Below the pieces are notes generated by a model that did not search any database, was not told the DNA's origin, and saw only the letters and a program-made list of their open reading frames with translations. Both the position numbers and the translations under genes were made by a program. 64,000 bases of DNA from an uncultured Chloroflexia bacterium (lineage in GTDB: Bacteria > Chloroflexota > Limnocylindria > Limnocylindrales > CSP1-4): positions 448,001-512,000 of the forward strand of contig CAWHXD010000008.1 of the NCBI GenBank assembly GCA_963833225.1, written 5' to 3'. Below are positions 1-9,835 of this stretch, piece after piece. Positions within the stretch are counted from its first letter, which is position 1. Each line of letters opens with the position of its first letter.

Positions 1-278
1 ACGAGGGCCCACAGGGCGACCGCCGGCACGATCTGCCGGCCCTGGGCGTCCCGGCCGATCGTCGCGGGGGGTCCGCCTCCGGAAGCGAACACCCGTTCGA
101 ATTCACGCTCGCTTAGCCTGGCCGCGGCCCGGAACTCCTCGACCACCCGGACAACACCTCGGCGGATCGCGACATCGCGCATCATCTCGGCGGCCCAGGC
201 ATCGATCTGGGCATCGGACTGGTCCGCGAGCCGTGCGCGGTACTCGGTGGCGTCGGCTGAGAGGCCGGTGGCTCCCAC
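1..278 (-). CDS. Hypothetical protein, partial (runs off the window edge)
   Basis: Read manually: GTG at 278 after a GGAG RBS. The frame is open to the edge: MGATGLSADATEYRARLADQSDAQIDAWAAEMMRDVAIRRG..., with high-GC3 codon usage. Confidence 0.65.
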   Translation of the reverse strand, partial: MGATGLSADATEYRARLADQSDAQIDAWAAEMMRDVAIRRGVVRVVEEFRAAARLSEREFERVFASGGGPPATIGRDAQGRQIVPAVALWAL

Positions 279-343
279 GGGTTCTCCAGGGCGGGCTTGT
301 GCTGATCACCGAGGAGGATGCCACAACCGGCACCGCCACGGGG

Positions 344-1121
344 TCACGTTGCGCCGTCGTCCCCCCTGGCCGCATCCGGCTCGATGGCCGCCGCGTCCCC
401 CGCACCAAGGTCCGGACGGGCGCCCTCCGGCCAGTCGTTGAAGACCTCGGTGAGCCAGCGGCCGAACCACCCGGGCGCCGACGGGTCCGGATAGTCGGCG
501 ACCAGCGCTCGCAGCGCCAGCGCCGTCGCCTCCGTCATCGCCCGAACGGCGTCGCGGGACGGCCGGCCGGTGCCCTGGATCGGCTGCCCGACGCGGACCC
601 GGATCGTTCGCCGGAAGCCCAGCCAGCTCGTCCCGTTGAGCGCGATGGGGATGATCGGCACGCCGGACCGGAGCGCGAAATAGGCCGTCCCCTCCGCCAG
701 CGGCAGCAGCTCGCGCTCGCCCCGGTGGATCCTCCCCTCCCCCGCCACGGCGATGACCCAGCCATCGGCGAGCAGGCGCGTCACCCGGCGGGTGGTCTCG
801 ATCAGGTCGTCCTTGGCCGGCCGGTACGGGATCGCCATCCCGGTCCACGGCGATGAGCCGGTTGCGGCCACCCGCGGACATGTCCTCCTCCTTGGGACCG
901 AACAGGGCGTATCGAGGCTTGCCGGGCAGCGCCGCGACCAGCACGAACGGGTCGGTCCAGTTGAGGTGGTTGAAGCAGTAGATCGCGGGACCGGCGGCAA
1001 AGCGGTCCCGGCCCTCGATCCGCAGCCTGAACAGGGCCCGGACGACCGTGTAGCAGAACGCGCGGGTCAGCCTGGCGCGCCAGGGCCGGTCGATGGGGCC
1101 GGCCAGGGCAGTCGGGGTCAC
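344..1121 (-). CDS. plsC: Lysophospholipid (1-acyl-sn-glycerol-3-phosphate) acyltransferase, frameshifted at ~848
   Basis: NHLNWTD (HxxxxD) lies in the 306..1295 frame. EGRI and VPIIPIAL lie in the 344..1000 frame. One extra base at ~848 separates them. Confidence 0.8.
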
Positions 1122-1218
1122 GCCGACGAGTATGGAGCGCCGCGCCGGACCGGAACAGGGCCGCACGGCACACGGGAATGGCCGCGCGGGCGGGGGCAGT
1201 GCCGCGCCACCGGCGCGA

Positions 1219-1893
1219 TCAGCTCGAGGGGGCCAGCGACCCGGGCACCAACTCCGCAAGGCTCGGCACGACGTGATCCGCGATCGCGTGCGCATCGGCC
1301 GGCGGGGGCACGCTCGCGTTCGGGACCAGGACCACGGTCATGCCGGCGGCCTTGCCGGCTCGCACGCCGTTGATGGAATCCTCCACCACGAGACAGCGTC
1401 CGGGTGCCACCCCGAGACGCGATGCCGCGAGAAGGTACACGTCCGGGGCAGGCTTGCCCATGGCGACCTCGTCGGACGAGACGATCGCCTCCATGTCGGG
1501 GCGCAGGCCGAGCGCCGCGATGGCGGCCTCGATCACGTCTCGGTGCGACGAGGACGCGATGGCCACCGGCAGCTCGGCGGCGATCCTGCGCACATGGGCC
1601 GGCGCGTCGTCGATGATCGGGGCGGGGTGCGAGCGGTACATTCCGACGACCCCATCCACGACCGCGCGCAGGATCTCGTCGACCTCGAGGTCGGGCACCC
1701 CGAGGCGCGCCTGCATCACCTCGGCCCACTCGACCGAGTTGCCGCCCATGCACAGCGCCTGGTCCTCGTGGGTCCAGGGACGGCCATGCGCCCGCGCAAA
1801 GGCGATCCGGACCTCGTTCCACCACGGCTCGCTGTCAACGAGGACACCGTCCATGTCGAACAGGACGGCGTCGAACGGGCGGGGGGTGGTCAC
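1219..1893 (-). CDS. HAD-superfamily phosphatase (beta-PGM/CbbY-like)
   Basis: Motifs FDMDGVLVD, ASSS, GKPAPD and VEDSING. Confidence 0.92.
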   Translation of the reverse strand: MTTPRPFDAVLFDMDGVLVDSEPWWNEVRIAFARAHGRPWTHEDQALCMGGNSVEWAEVMQARLGVPDLEVDEILRAVVDGVVGMYRSHPAPIIDDAPAHVRRIAAELPVAIASSSHRDVIEAAIAALGLRPDMEAIVSSDEVAMGKPAPDVYLLAASRLGVAPGRCLVVEDSINGVRAGKAAGMTVVLVPNASVPPPADAHAIADHVVPSLAELVPGSLAPSS

Positions 1894-2097
1894 GGTCGCC
1901 TCCTGTGGCCGGACGCTCGGCAGGCAGGCCCGGATCTGGGACACAGGCTAGCAAATCGCGACCGGTGGGGGCCGCGCGGCTTGGTCGGAACCTGACATCG
2001 GGCCTGTTCGCCGACCGGCTGACGCGGGATGATGGCAGCTCGCCGATACGGGATGATGGCGGCTGGCAGGGGCGGCCGGAGGGAGGACTGGGGAGCG

Positions 2098-3090
2098 ATG
2101 CGCATCAATCGAGGGCTCCTGGGCTGGGGCGTGTTCTTCATCGTGCTGGGCGCCGTGCCCCTGGCTGTCCGCGCCGGGGTGCTGGACCGGGACCTCGTTG
2201 GCCGGGCGTGGGAGCTGTGGCCCCTGATCCTGGTGGGGATCGGCCTCGGCCTCGTGCTCGAGCGGACGCAGCTCGCCGTGGTCGGATCGGTCGTCGTGGC
2301 GGTGACCTTCGGCCTCATGGGTGGTGCGCTTGTCGCGACGGGCGTCGGCTCTCCGGTCGGGTTCACGACCTGCGGCTCCACCGGGAGCGGCGACCGCGGT
2401 GAGCCCTTTGCCGCCAGGGGCGGATTGCTCGGAGCGGACACCCAGGTGCGGCTGGACTTCAGCTGCGGGGAGCTCGTGGCGGCGGCCGTCGACGGCACCC
2501 AGTGGAAGCTCGATGGGCGCTCGGCGGGCGGACAGCCGCCCGAGATCGGCACGACATCCTCGGGCCTCGTCCTGCGGACGCCGTCGCGCAAGGGCATCGA
2601 CCTGGGGTCGGAGGCGTGGCAGTGGAACCTGTCGCTGCCACGGGCCGGAGCCATCTCGGTCGGCATGTCCCTGAATGCGGGCTCCGCCGACATCCGGCTC
2701 GACGGCATGACCGTGCCCGCGTTCGACGTGTCGGTCAATGCCGGCGACGCCCACGTGGACCTGGGGCAGGCCGCCGGGACGACCACGGTCAGCGGGTCGG
2801 TCAACGCTGGTTCGCTCGCGATCACGCTCCCCCGGCCCACGGGTATCCTCGACGGGAGCCTGTCGGTGAACGTCGGCTCGCTCGAGCTGTGCGTGGCGGC
2901 CGGGACGCCGATCCGGCTCCGGACCGGGGACTCGCCGCTTGGATCGAACAACTTCGCCAGCCGTGGACTGGTCCGGACCGGCAACACGTGGATCTCCGAC
3001 GGGTTCGACGGCGCGGCGGACGCCGTGGACCTGCGCATTTCCGCCAACCTCGGCAGCGTGACGCTCAACCCGGAGAATGGCTGTGAATGA
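2098..3090 (+). CDS. LiaF/DUF5668-like membrane protein with a C-terminal beta-repeat (toast-rack/adhesin-like) domain
   Basis: N-terminal TM helices with WPLILVGIG. Repeated xNAGS/NAGD/NVGS/NLGS strands. Overlaps the pspC start. Confidence 0.75.
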   Translation: MRINRGLLGWGVFFIVLGAVPLAVRAGVLDRDLVGRAWELWPLILVGIGLGLVLERTQLAVVGSVVVAVTFGLMGGALVATGVGSPVGFTTCGSTGSGDRGEPFAARGGLLGADTQVRLDFSCGELVAAAVDGTQWKLDGRSAGGQPPEIGTTSSGLVLRTPSRKGIDLGSEAWQWNLSLPRAGAISVGMSLNAGSADIRLDGMTVPAFDVSVNAGDAHVDLGQAAGTTTVSGSVNAGSLAITLPRPTGILDGSLSVNVGSLELCVAAGTPIRLRTGDSPLGSNNFASRGLVRTGNTWISDGFDGAADAVDLRISANLGSVTLNPENGCE

Positions 3091-3730
3091 CCGGCTCTAC
3101 CGACATCCATCGGACCGCGTGATCGCCGGCGTCGCCGGTGGTCTGGCGACCTGGCTGTCCATCGATCCGTCGCTGGTGCGGGTCGTCTGGGTCCTGCTCG
3201 CGATCTTCTCGGGCGGCCTGTTCGTCCTGGTCTACATCGTGATGATGTTCGTGGTGCCGCTGCCGCCAGCCGGATGGATCCCGCAGCCGCGCGGCTACGC
3301 GGGATCGGGACCGGGCCCCGGCCAGGGTTGGCAGCCGGGGGCCCCCTGGGGAGAGGGGCCGTCGTCCGGATGGGGTGCAGCCGCTCCCGGGGGCGCGCCC
3401 GGGTCGGCGGGTCAGCCATCCCCGCAGGGACCTGACCAGGGTTGGCCCGCCCAGCCATCCCCGCCGGGGCCGGCCGACGGCTGGCCCGCCCAGCCGACCC
3501 CGCAGGGGCCCGCCGGCGGCTGGCCCGCGCAGCCGACCCAGCCGGCGTGGACCGCGCCCCGGCCCGGCAATGCGGGCCTGGTCGCCGGCGTGATCCTGGT
3601 CGCGCTGGGGGTGTGGTTCCTCATCGACCAGTACGTCCGGATCGACTGGGACTTCATCTGGCCGGTCGTGATCATGGTCGCGGGCGGGGCGCTCATCGCC
3701 GGGGCGCTGATGCGCAGCCGGTCCGGCTGA
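3077..3730 (+). CDS. pspC: PspC-domain protein with a Pro/Gly-rich linker and C-terminal LiaI/LiaF-like TM pair
   Basis: RLYRHPSDRVIAGVAGGLA...DPSLVRV. Three GWPAQP repeats. C-terminal GVILVALG...WPVVI. Confidence 0.9.
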   Translation: MAVNDRLYRHPSDRVIAGVAGGLATWLSIDPSLVRVVWVLLAIFSGGLFVLVYIVMMFVVPLPPAGWIPQPRGYAGSGPGPGQGWQPGAPWGEGPSSGWGAAAPGGAPGSAGQPSPQGPDQGWPAQPSPPGPADGWPAQPTPQGPAGGWPAQPTQPAWTAPRPGNAGLVAGVILVALGVWFLIDQYVRIDWDFIWPVVIMVAGGALIAGALMRSRSG

Positions 3731-3755
3731 GCCCGGCCGAGCGCCACGCCGCCAG

Positions 3756-4850
3756 GTGGACTCCGTCACGTCCATCCTCGCCCTGTGCGCCTTCGGAATC
3801 GGCGCCGGTCTGTTCCTGCTGTGGCGCGGGTTTGGCGGATATCGCACGGCGGCCGTCATCAGCGACACCGCGACCTCGAGCATCGAGACGCTGGCCGCGG
3901 GCGAGGTCCGGATCACCGGCAGCATCGAGTCCGCCGAGGTGACCCTGGTCTCGCCGCTCCAAAGCGTGCCGTGCGTCTGGTACCGCGCCCGGGTCCGCTC
4001 AACCGGGCGAGACGATCGCGAGGTGTTTGCGGAGGAGCGGGCGGTGGGCTTCCGGGTCCGTGACGCGGAGGGGTCGATCCGGGTCTTCCCGGCCGGTGCG
4101 CGGCTTGGCGTCTCCAACCGGTTCCGGGGCCGCACCGGGCTGATGGGCGACCCGCCTGCGGGACTTGACCTGCGGTCCGGCGGCGCCTTCGGTCCGGCCG
4201 TGGGGCCCGATGGGGAGACGCCCATCGACCGCGAGGCGGCGATCGCCGCCCTTCTGACGGTCCACCAGCCGAGCCCGGACGATCCCGATCTCAATGGCTG
4301 GAGCGCACCCTTTGGCGTGAGCGACGACGGGGGTCGCGACTACGAGGAGGCGCGCCTCGAGATCGGCGACACCGTGACCATCGTCGGCACGGCGCTCCCC
4401 TTCGGTCACCTCCGGGACCCGTTCGGCGCCGACCGGATGGACCGTGCCGGGGACCCGCTCGGCGGGCTCGACGACCCCGACGTGGCCGCCGAGGTCGCCG
4501 CCGCGCGCGCGTCCGGCACGCTGCTCACGCCCGAGGAGGCCTGGGGCAACGCCGCGATCCCGGGGTTTGGGATCGGACGGCCGGTCCGTGCGCCGGAGCT
4601 GGACCCCGAGGCGCACCGCCCAGTCATCGTCCCGGAGGGGGCGGCCCAGGCCGCCGCCCGGTTCGACATCGGACCCGACACCCTGGTGATCGCCGCCGTT
4701 GACGGCGCGCCCCTGATCATCGCCGAGGGCGCGCCGTCGATCGCCGCCGCGCGCGAGCAGGGCCAATTCCTGCTGGGCCTGCTCGGCGCCGTGCTCGCCG
4801 TCGGGTCCGCGATCGTCGGGGCCGTCATCCTTGGAGGCCTGCCCGCATGA
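3756..4850 (+). CDS. GIDE-domain-like membrane protein (LemA-associated)
   Basis: N- and C-terminal TM helices. Pattern GEVRITG...LVSPL..VPCVWY...FRVRDAEGSIRV...YEEARLEIGDTVTIVG. ATGA overlap with lemA. Confidence 0.7.
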   Translation: MDSVTSILALCAFGIGAGLFLLWRGFGGYRTAAVISDTATSSIETLAAGEVRITGSIESAEVTLVSPLQSVPCVWYRARVRSTGRDDREVFAEERAVGFRVRDAEGSIRVFPAGARLGVSNRFRGRTGLMGDPPAGLDLRSGGAFGPAVGPDGETPIDREAAIAALLTVHQPSPDDPDLNGWSAPFGVSDDGGRDYEEARLEIGDTVTIVGTALPFGHLRDPFGADRMDRAGDPLGGLDDPDVAAEVAAARASGTLLTPEEAWGNAAIPGFGIGRPVRAPELDPEAHRPVIVPEGAAQAAARFDIGPDTLVIAAVDGAPLIIAEGAPSIAAAREQGQFLLGLLGAVLAVGSAIVGAVILGGLPA

Positions 4851-5422
4851 CCCCCGCCGCCCTCGCCGCCCTGTTCTCGATCGCCGTGCTGGCGCTGGTC
4901 GTGCTGTTCGTGGCCGTCTCGACGTACAACGCGATCGTGGCCCTGCGGAACCGGATCGAGAAGGCCTGGGCGAACATCGACGTCGCGCTCAAGCAGCGCC
5001 ACGACCAGCTGCCCAACCTGGTCTCGGCCGTGCGCGGCGTGATGGCCTTCGAGCGCGACGTGCTCGAGGAGGTCACGCGGGCCCGGGCGGCCTACCGTTC
5101 GACCGACCCGGTCCCGGCCCAGGCGGCAACGTCCGAGGCGACGTCGCAGGCGGTGCGCCAGCTGTTCGCCGTCGTGGAGCGCTACCCGGAGATCAAGAGC
5201 GCCTCCAACGTGGCGTCGCTCCAGGACGAGATCGCCCGGCTCGAGGATGTCATCGCCGACCGGCGCGAGCTCTACAACGACCAGGTGTTCCGGTACAACA
5301 CCCGCATCGGGCAGGTGCCGGCGAACCTGCTGGCGGGCCTCGCCGGCTGGACGCCGCAGCCGTTCTTCGCTGCTGACGATGGGGAGCGCGCGAAGCCGGT
5401 GGTGGAGCTGGGGGCCGGCTGA
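4847..5422 (+). CDS. lemA: LemA family protein
   Basis: YNAIVALRN...WANIDVALKQRHDQLPNLV...ERYPEIK...RRELYN. Confidence 0.95.
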   Translation: MTPAALAALFSIAVLALVVLFVAVSTYNAIVALRNRIEKAWANIDVALKQRHDQLPNLVSAVRGVMAFERDVLEEVTRARAAYRSTDPVPAQAATSEATSQAVRQLFAVVERYPEIKSASNVASLQDEIARLEDVIADRRELYNDQVFRYNTRIGQVPANLLAGLAGWTPQPFFAADDGERAKPVVELGAG

Positions 5423-5552
5423 TCGCGGGTCGCGGCGCCTGAGCGCGGATCGCGGCGGCTGATCCACGAGCATCGGTCGGCTGGCGGGCCCTTCTGATGG
5501 TAGATCGAGGTGGCCCTTGACGCCCGGCAACAGCCCGCGAACATTGCGATCC

Positions 5553-6056
5553 ATGAGTTGGCTCGACGCGGTGCTCCTCCAGTTGTCCCCGGCCCTTGTC
5601 GTCCTGTCGGTCCTGCTGGTGATCGTTCCGTCGTTGCGCCGGCGCGGCTCGTGGCGCGGGATCGGGGCGGCCTGGCTTGCCACCTTCGTCGTCACCGTCC
5701 TCGTCGCGGTCACCCACCCCGACGGGTGGACACTGAACTGCGACGGGCTGGGCATTCTCCCTGGTGGCTGGTACATCGTGGCGGGTTCGAACGCGCCATG
5801 TACCGCGTCGAACGCCCTGCCACCCTGGCTCGTTGCGCTCGCGCCGCTGGCCGGGATCACCATCCTGGTCGCGTGGGTCGGGCGCCACACCCGCCCGCTG
5901 CCGATCGCCGCGCGGACGGTCGGCGGGCTGGCCGCCGTGGTCGTGTTCATCATCGCCTTGGGACAGGTGAACGGAAACGCTGCCCTGCTCGCTGTGATCG
6001 TGGTCGCGGCGGCCGCCTGGTTCTGGCCGCGCGTCCGGCGACCGATCGCCGCCTGA
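5553..6056 (+). CDS. Hypothetical multi-pass membrane protein
   Basis: About 5 hydrophobic segments, with a Cys pair in a loop. Confidence 0.6.
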   Translation: MSWLDAVLLQLSPALVVLSVLLVIVPSLRRRGSWRGIGAAWLATFVVTVLVAVTHPDGWTLNCDGLGILPGGWYIVAGSNAPCTASNALPPWLVALAPLAGITILVAWVGRHTRPLPIAARTVGGLAAVVVFIIALGQVNGNAALLAVIVVAAAAWFWPRVRRPIAA

Positions 6057-6092
6057 TCGCGGGGCGCGACGCTCGCCATCGCGGGTCGTGTC

Positions 6093-6173
6093 GCTCGCTA
6101 CCCAGGTCGCGACGGGCAAACGTGGTCGCGACGCTCGCCACCCAGGACGCGACGGCGCAAACGGTGGTCGCGA
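6093..6173. repeat. Two-copy imperfect ~40-bp tandem repeat
   Basis: cgctcgctacccaggtcgcgacgggcaaacgtggtcgcga followed by cgctcgccacccaggacgcgacggcgcaaacggtggtcgcga. Confidence 0.75.
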
Positions 6174-6265
6174 GGGCGTGATCGCGGGCCGCGACGGCGC
6201 GATGCGCGCGTCGCGACGCCTCGAACGCCCGGCGCGACGGCGGGAACGCCCGGCGACTCCTCGAA

Positions 6266-6402
6266 GCGCCAGATATCACCCAGGACCGCTGCATCGACCG
6301 CGCACGGCCCCACGGTGCCCTCAATACCAGCCAGGAGTGATGCAAGGGGCCCCTCGCGACGAGGATCGCGTTGCTGGAGCAGGCGGGACCGATATCTGGC
6401 GC
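6266..6402. repeat. REP/MITE-like element with perfect 12-bp terminal inverted repeats
   Basis: GCGCCAGATATC at 6266-6277 and GATATCTGGCGC at 6391-6402, with an inner TGCATC/GATGCA pair. Confidence 0.55.
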
Positions 6403-6508
6403 AAACGCGGGGCGGCGGCGGGCCCCTTCGCGCCTTCCCCCCCGAGTCACCGCGCCGTCACGGATCACGCATAGACTCTGGTCCACATCGAGGAGGTCGT
6501 CCCCCACC

Positions 6509-7168
6509 ATGTCGTTCCTGTTCCGCCAGCCATCCATGCCCGGCGAGTCCCAGCTCCTGCCCGGCCGCCCCGATCCCATCGTGGTCCCGGGCGCCCACTT
6601 CGTGAACGGCCGCGCGCTGGCCGGTCCTTATCCCGAAGGGTTCGAGATCGCCGACGTCGCCATGGGCTGCTTCTGGGGCGCCGAGAAGAAGTTCTGGGTC
6701 ATCCCCGGCGTGTGGGTGACGGCCGTCGGATACGAGGGAGGCGGTACGCCAAACCCCACCTACCGCGAGACGTGCACCGGGCAGACCGCCCACGCCGAGA
6801 CCGTCCGGATCGTGTTCGACCCAGCGGCCGTCAGCTACGAGCAGATCCTGCGGACGTTCTGGGAGTCACACGACCCCACCCAGGGCCACCGCCAGGGCAA
6901 CGACGTCGGCACCCAGTACCGGTCCGCGATCTTCGCCCACGGCGAGGCGCAACTGGCTGCCGCGCTCGCGTCTCGCGACATGTACCAGCGCGAGCTCGCC
7001 AAGGCCGGCTTCGGCGCGATCACGACCGAGATCCGCGGGGCCCCCGAGTTCTTCTTCGCCGAGGACTACCACCAGCAGTATCTCGCCAAGAACCCGAATG
7101 GGTACGACTGCCACACCGCGACGGGCGTGGCGTGCCCGATCGGGACCGGTGTGACGACGGCGGGCTGA
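6509..7168 (+). CDS. msrA: Peptide-methionine (S)-S-oxide reductase
   Basis: [42 protein letters not shown] upstream. Confidence 0.97.
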   Translation: MSFLFRQPSMPGESQLLPGRPDPIVVPGAHFVNGRALAGPYPEGFEIADVAMGCFWGAEKKFWVIPGVWVTAVGYEGGGTPNPTYRETCTGQTAHAETVRIVFDPAAVSYEQILRTFWESHDPTQGHRQGNDVGTQYRSAIFAHGEAQLAAALASRDMYQRELAKAGFGAITTEIRGAPEFFFAEDYHQQYLAKNPNGYDCHTATGVACPIGTGVTTAG

Positions 7169-7416
7169 TGCCGACAGCTGGCCCCCTGCGGTGGAAGGAC
7201 GCGCAACGGTTGGTGGATCACGAGTGGCTCGACCCGCCGCTCGCCGGCGTCTTCCATGATCGGAGCCTCCAGGTCACGGCGCGGCTGCGGGTGATCGGCG
7301 CCGCCCGCCGCCCCCGGTCGGGAGAGCGATACCTCCTCGTCCAGAACGGCGGGAGCGGTGCAGGCTGGTGGCGGGCAGACGACATCGAGCTCCTCCCCGA
7401 CGAGCCTTCACCCTAG
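7168..7416 (+). CDS. Small hypothetical protein (possibly SH3-like beta fold)
   Basis: TGATG coupling to msrA. Sequence [16 protein letters not shown]...RYLLVQ...WWRADDIELL. Confidence 0.55.
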   Translation: MPTAGPLRWKDAQRLVDHEWLDPPLAGVFHDRSLQVTARLRVIGAARRPRSGERYLLVQNGGSGAGWWRADDIELLPDEPSP

Positions 7417-7514
7417 GACCGCGCGGACCGCGCATGAAACCCCGACGGGTAGCAGTGTGATACTTCCACCGGCGTCGCCTGTCCGATCGGGCTGGGCTTC
7501 ACAGGAGGGAGCAC

Positions 7515-7952
7515 GTGGGGCAGCAGCGCGACGCAGGCCAGTGGGCGCTGGGGCATCGCGGCTGGCGAGATGCCCGCAAGGCGGGCCTCGCCCTCCTCGC
7601 CTTGGGCCTGCCGTTCGCAATGATCATGCTGTTCCCAAGGCTGGGCCCCGCGTGTGCGGACGGGGCCTCGTGCGAGCTGCCCTCGCCGGTCGCGCTCCTC
7701 AGTCGCGGCTTCGTGATGTTCTCGGCGTTCTGGCTGCCGGTCCTTGCGGTCTTGGCGATATGGTCTCGCCAGCTGCTGGTGCTCCTGGCGGTCGGGGGAC
7801 TTTCTGTTGCCATCCTGACGGCGGTGATGACCAGCCCACTGAGCGACCTGCTCCGGCCACTCGGCCTTGCCGACCTGCCGGTGTTCGCGCACTTCGGGAT
7901 CTCGGCACTGATCGTGGGTCTGTTGGCATTGGCCGATCTCCGGGGACGGTGA
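7515..7952 (+). CDS. Hypothetical membrane protein
   Basis: AGGAGG RBS then GTG. About 4 TM helices, with a CxxxxxC loop. Confidence 0.6.
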   Translation: MGQQRDAGQWALGHRGWRDARKAGLALLALGLPFAMIMLFPRLGPACADGASCELPSPVALLSRGFVMFSAFWLPVLAVLAIWSRQLLVLLAVGGLSVAILTAVMTSPLSDLLRPLGLADLPVFAHFGISALIVGLLALADLRGR

Positions 7953-8155
7953 TCCGTCGCGAATCCGGTCGCCTGATGCTTGGCCCCCGCGTCGAGCGGA
8001 CCGGTGACCTTCCCGTCCGGGAACCCGAGCGGAGACGACTGCCACATGGAACGGGCGTCGCGCGCCTGTCCGTGGCCGATCGGAGTCCGCGTGGTGGTAC
8101 CGACGAGCCACCCGCGGCGTCGGCGATCCGTGGCAACCGGTGAGATGATCCGGGC

Positions 8156-8464
8156 ATGAAGCGTGTTGAGTTCCTCTGGTTCGACGGCTGCCCAGGGCAC
8201 GAGACCGCTCGAGCCCTGCTGGACGACGTCATCGCCAAGGTGGCGCCGGGCACACCCGTGGAGTCGGTCAACGTGTCGGATCCGGCGGTCGCCGAGGCCC
8301 GCGCCTTTCCTGGCTCGCCGACGATCCGCGTGGACGGCCGCGACATCGACCCCGACTTCCGGGACACCGGCGACTACACGCCCCGGTGCCGCCTGTTCCG
8401 CACGCCGGACGGCCTGCGTGGGGTGCCGCCGCGCGAGTGGATCGAGGCCGCCCTCCGTCAGTAG
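8156..8464 (+). CDS. Thioredoxin-fold protein (DUF2703 / 'DF' family-like)
   Basis: FDGCP...FPGSPTIRVDGRD...CRLF. Confidence 0.8.
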   Translation: MKRVEFLWFDGCPGHETARALLDDVIAKVAPGTPVESVNVSDPAVAEARAFPGSPTIRVDGRDIDPDFRDTGDYTPRCRLFRTPDGLRGVPPREWIEAALRQ

Positions 8465-8484
8465 CGCAATGACCGAACGGTGGG

Positions 8485-9168
8485 TCAGGCCTGGTCCCCG
8501 GCGGAGAGGTCCTTGTCCTCCATCTCCCACGCATGGTCGAGCGTGTGGAAGGCAGAGTGCCGGATGAGGAACGGCAGCGTCCACGACCGCATGCGCCGGG
8601 TCACCTCCCCGGCGTGGTACGCGCGCATCGCCGCGACGTAGGTCTCCCGATGGTTCCGCAGCCCCTCGGGAGTGAGCGCCGCGCCCTCCGGGATCCGTAA
8701 CCCGACCTTCCTCGCGAAGTCCTCGCTCTCGGTGCGGATGGTGTGGCGGATGATGTGGTCGCGGTCGCGTCCACCCCCGCGCGGGCCCTTGCGCATCTCC
8801 GGGGAGACCCGGGCCGCGATGCCGTCGAAGAACGCCCAGCAGGCCTGCAGCAGGGTGATCCCGCGCTCGAGCTCCGCCTCGCCCATCGGGCCCTGCTCGA
8901 CCGTGCACGGCGAGAAGGAGATGCCCCAGAAGTCGGTCGAACCGGTTCCGACCTTGTCCTCCACGACCTCGAGCGCACCGGCAGCATCGAACTCGGCCAC
9001 CATGCCGGCGAGGCTCGCGACGGGTCGGTAGCGCTCCCGGTAGGACTCGAGCATCTCCAGGGCGAGCTCGGCGCTCTTCGCGCCCCGGCTCCAGCCGGGC
9101 CAGTCGATGGCGAAGGCCACCGACCGCTTCTCCTTGGGGCCGCGTTCGATGACAGTGCGGACAGGCAT
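8485..9168 (-). CDS. Conserved hypothetical protein (HicB-like N-terminus, DinB-like C-terminus)
   Basis: AFAIDWPGWSRGAK; RKGPRGGGRDRDHIIRH; RHSAFHTLDHAWEMED. Confidence 0.75.
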   Translation of the reverse strand: MPVRTVIERGPKEKRSVAFAIDWPGWSRGAKSAELALEMLESYRERYRPVASLAGMVAEFDAAGALEVVEDKVGTGSTDFWGISFSPCTVEQGPMGEAELERGITLLQACWAFFDGIAARVSPEMRKGPRGGGRDRDHIIRHTIRTESEDFARKVGLRIPEGAALTPEGLRNHRETYVAAMRAYHAGEVTRRMRSWTLPFLIRHSAFHTLDHAWEMEDKDLSAGDQA

Positions 9169-9185
9169 GGCCGAGTTTGGCTCCA

Positions 9186-9747
9186 TTACGTGGCGGCGTA
9201 GCCGAGATACATGGCGCCGGACGCGAACGTCCGGGTCTCCAGCAGCCGGAGCGCGGTCAGGCGGTCGAGTCCGGGGAAGAACGGCGTCCCGGCCCCGAGG
9301 ATCACGGGATGGACCACGAGCCGGAACTCGTCGATGAGGCCGCGCTCGATGAAGGCCGAGGCGAGCGTCGGGCCGCCGACATCGAGGTCGCCGTCGAACT
9401 CCTGCCTGAGCCTCGCGAGCGCCTCGCCGACGTCACCGGCGACAAGGCGGCTGTTCCACTCGACGCTGGTCAGGGTGGTCGAGAACACGATCTTCGGCTT
9501 CGCGGTCCAGATGTCGGCGAACTCGAGCATCGACGGCGTCGCCGAGGGATCGGACGCGGCGGTGGGCCAGTAGGCCGCCATGAGCTCATAGAGCCGGCGC
9601 CCGTACAGGAATGCGTCCGCGGCGCGCGACTGGTCGTTGAACCAGCCGTGCAGCTCATCGTCGACCAGGCCCCAGCTCGAGCCCGTGGTCGGGCGTCTCG
9701 ATGAACCCGTCCAGCGAGACGTTCATCGAGTAGATCAGCTTGCCCAT
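9186..9747 (-). CDS. Dihydrofolate reductase/RibD C-terminal family protein, frameshifted at ~9675
   Basis: MGKLIYSMNVSLDGFIE, then one extra base, then WGLVDDELH...GRRLYE...GGPTLA...LIDEF...PVILGAG. Confidence 0.85.
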
Positions 9748-9835
9748 CGACCGATCATACGGGGGTCGTCATCATGGCCGCCTTGGGCAGCCGCCCGGGC
9801 ACGCGGGCGGCGCACCGCCGATGGAGGGTTCGAGA

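Noticed and set aside
3410-3545. ~39-bp repeats as a CRISPR-like array
   Set aside because: They are in-frame coding repeats (GWPAQP) in the PspC linker.
7457-7472. Additional CRP half-sites (7457, 25890)
   Set aside because: TGTGA is present but there is no matching TCACA half at N6.
8156-8464. Selenoprotein
   Set aside because: The redox positions are Cys codons and there is no in-frame TGA.
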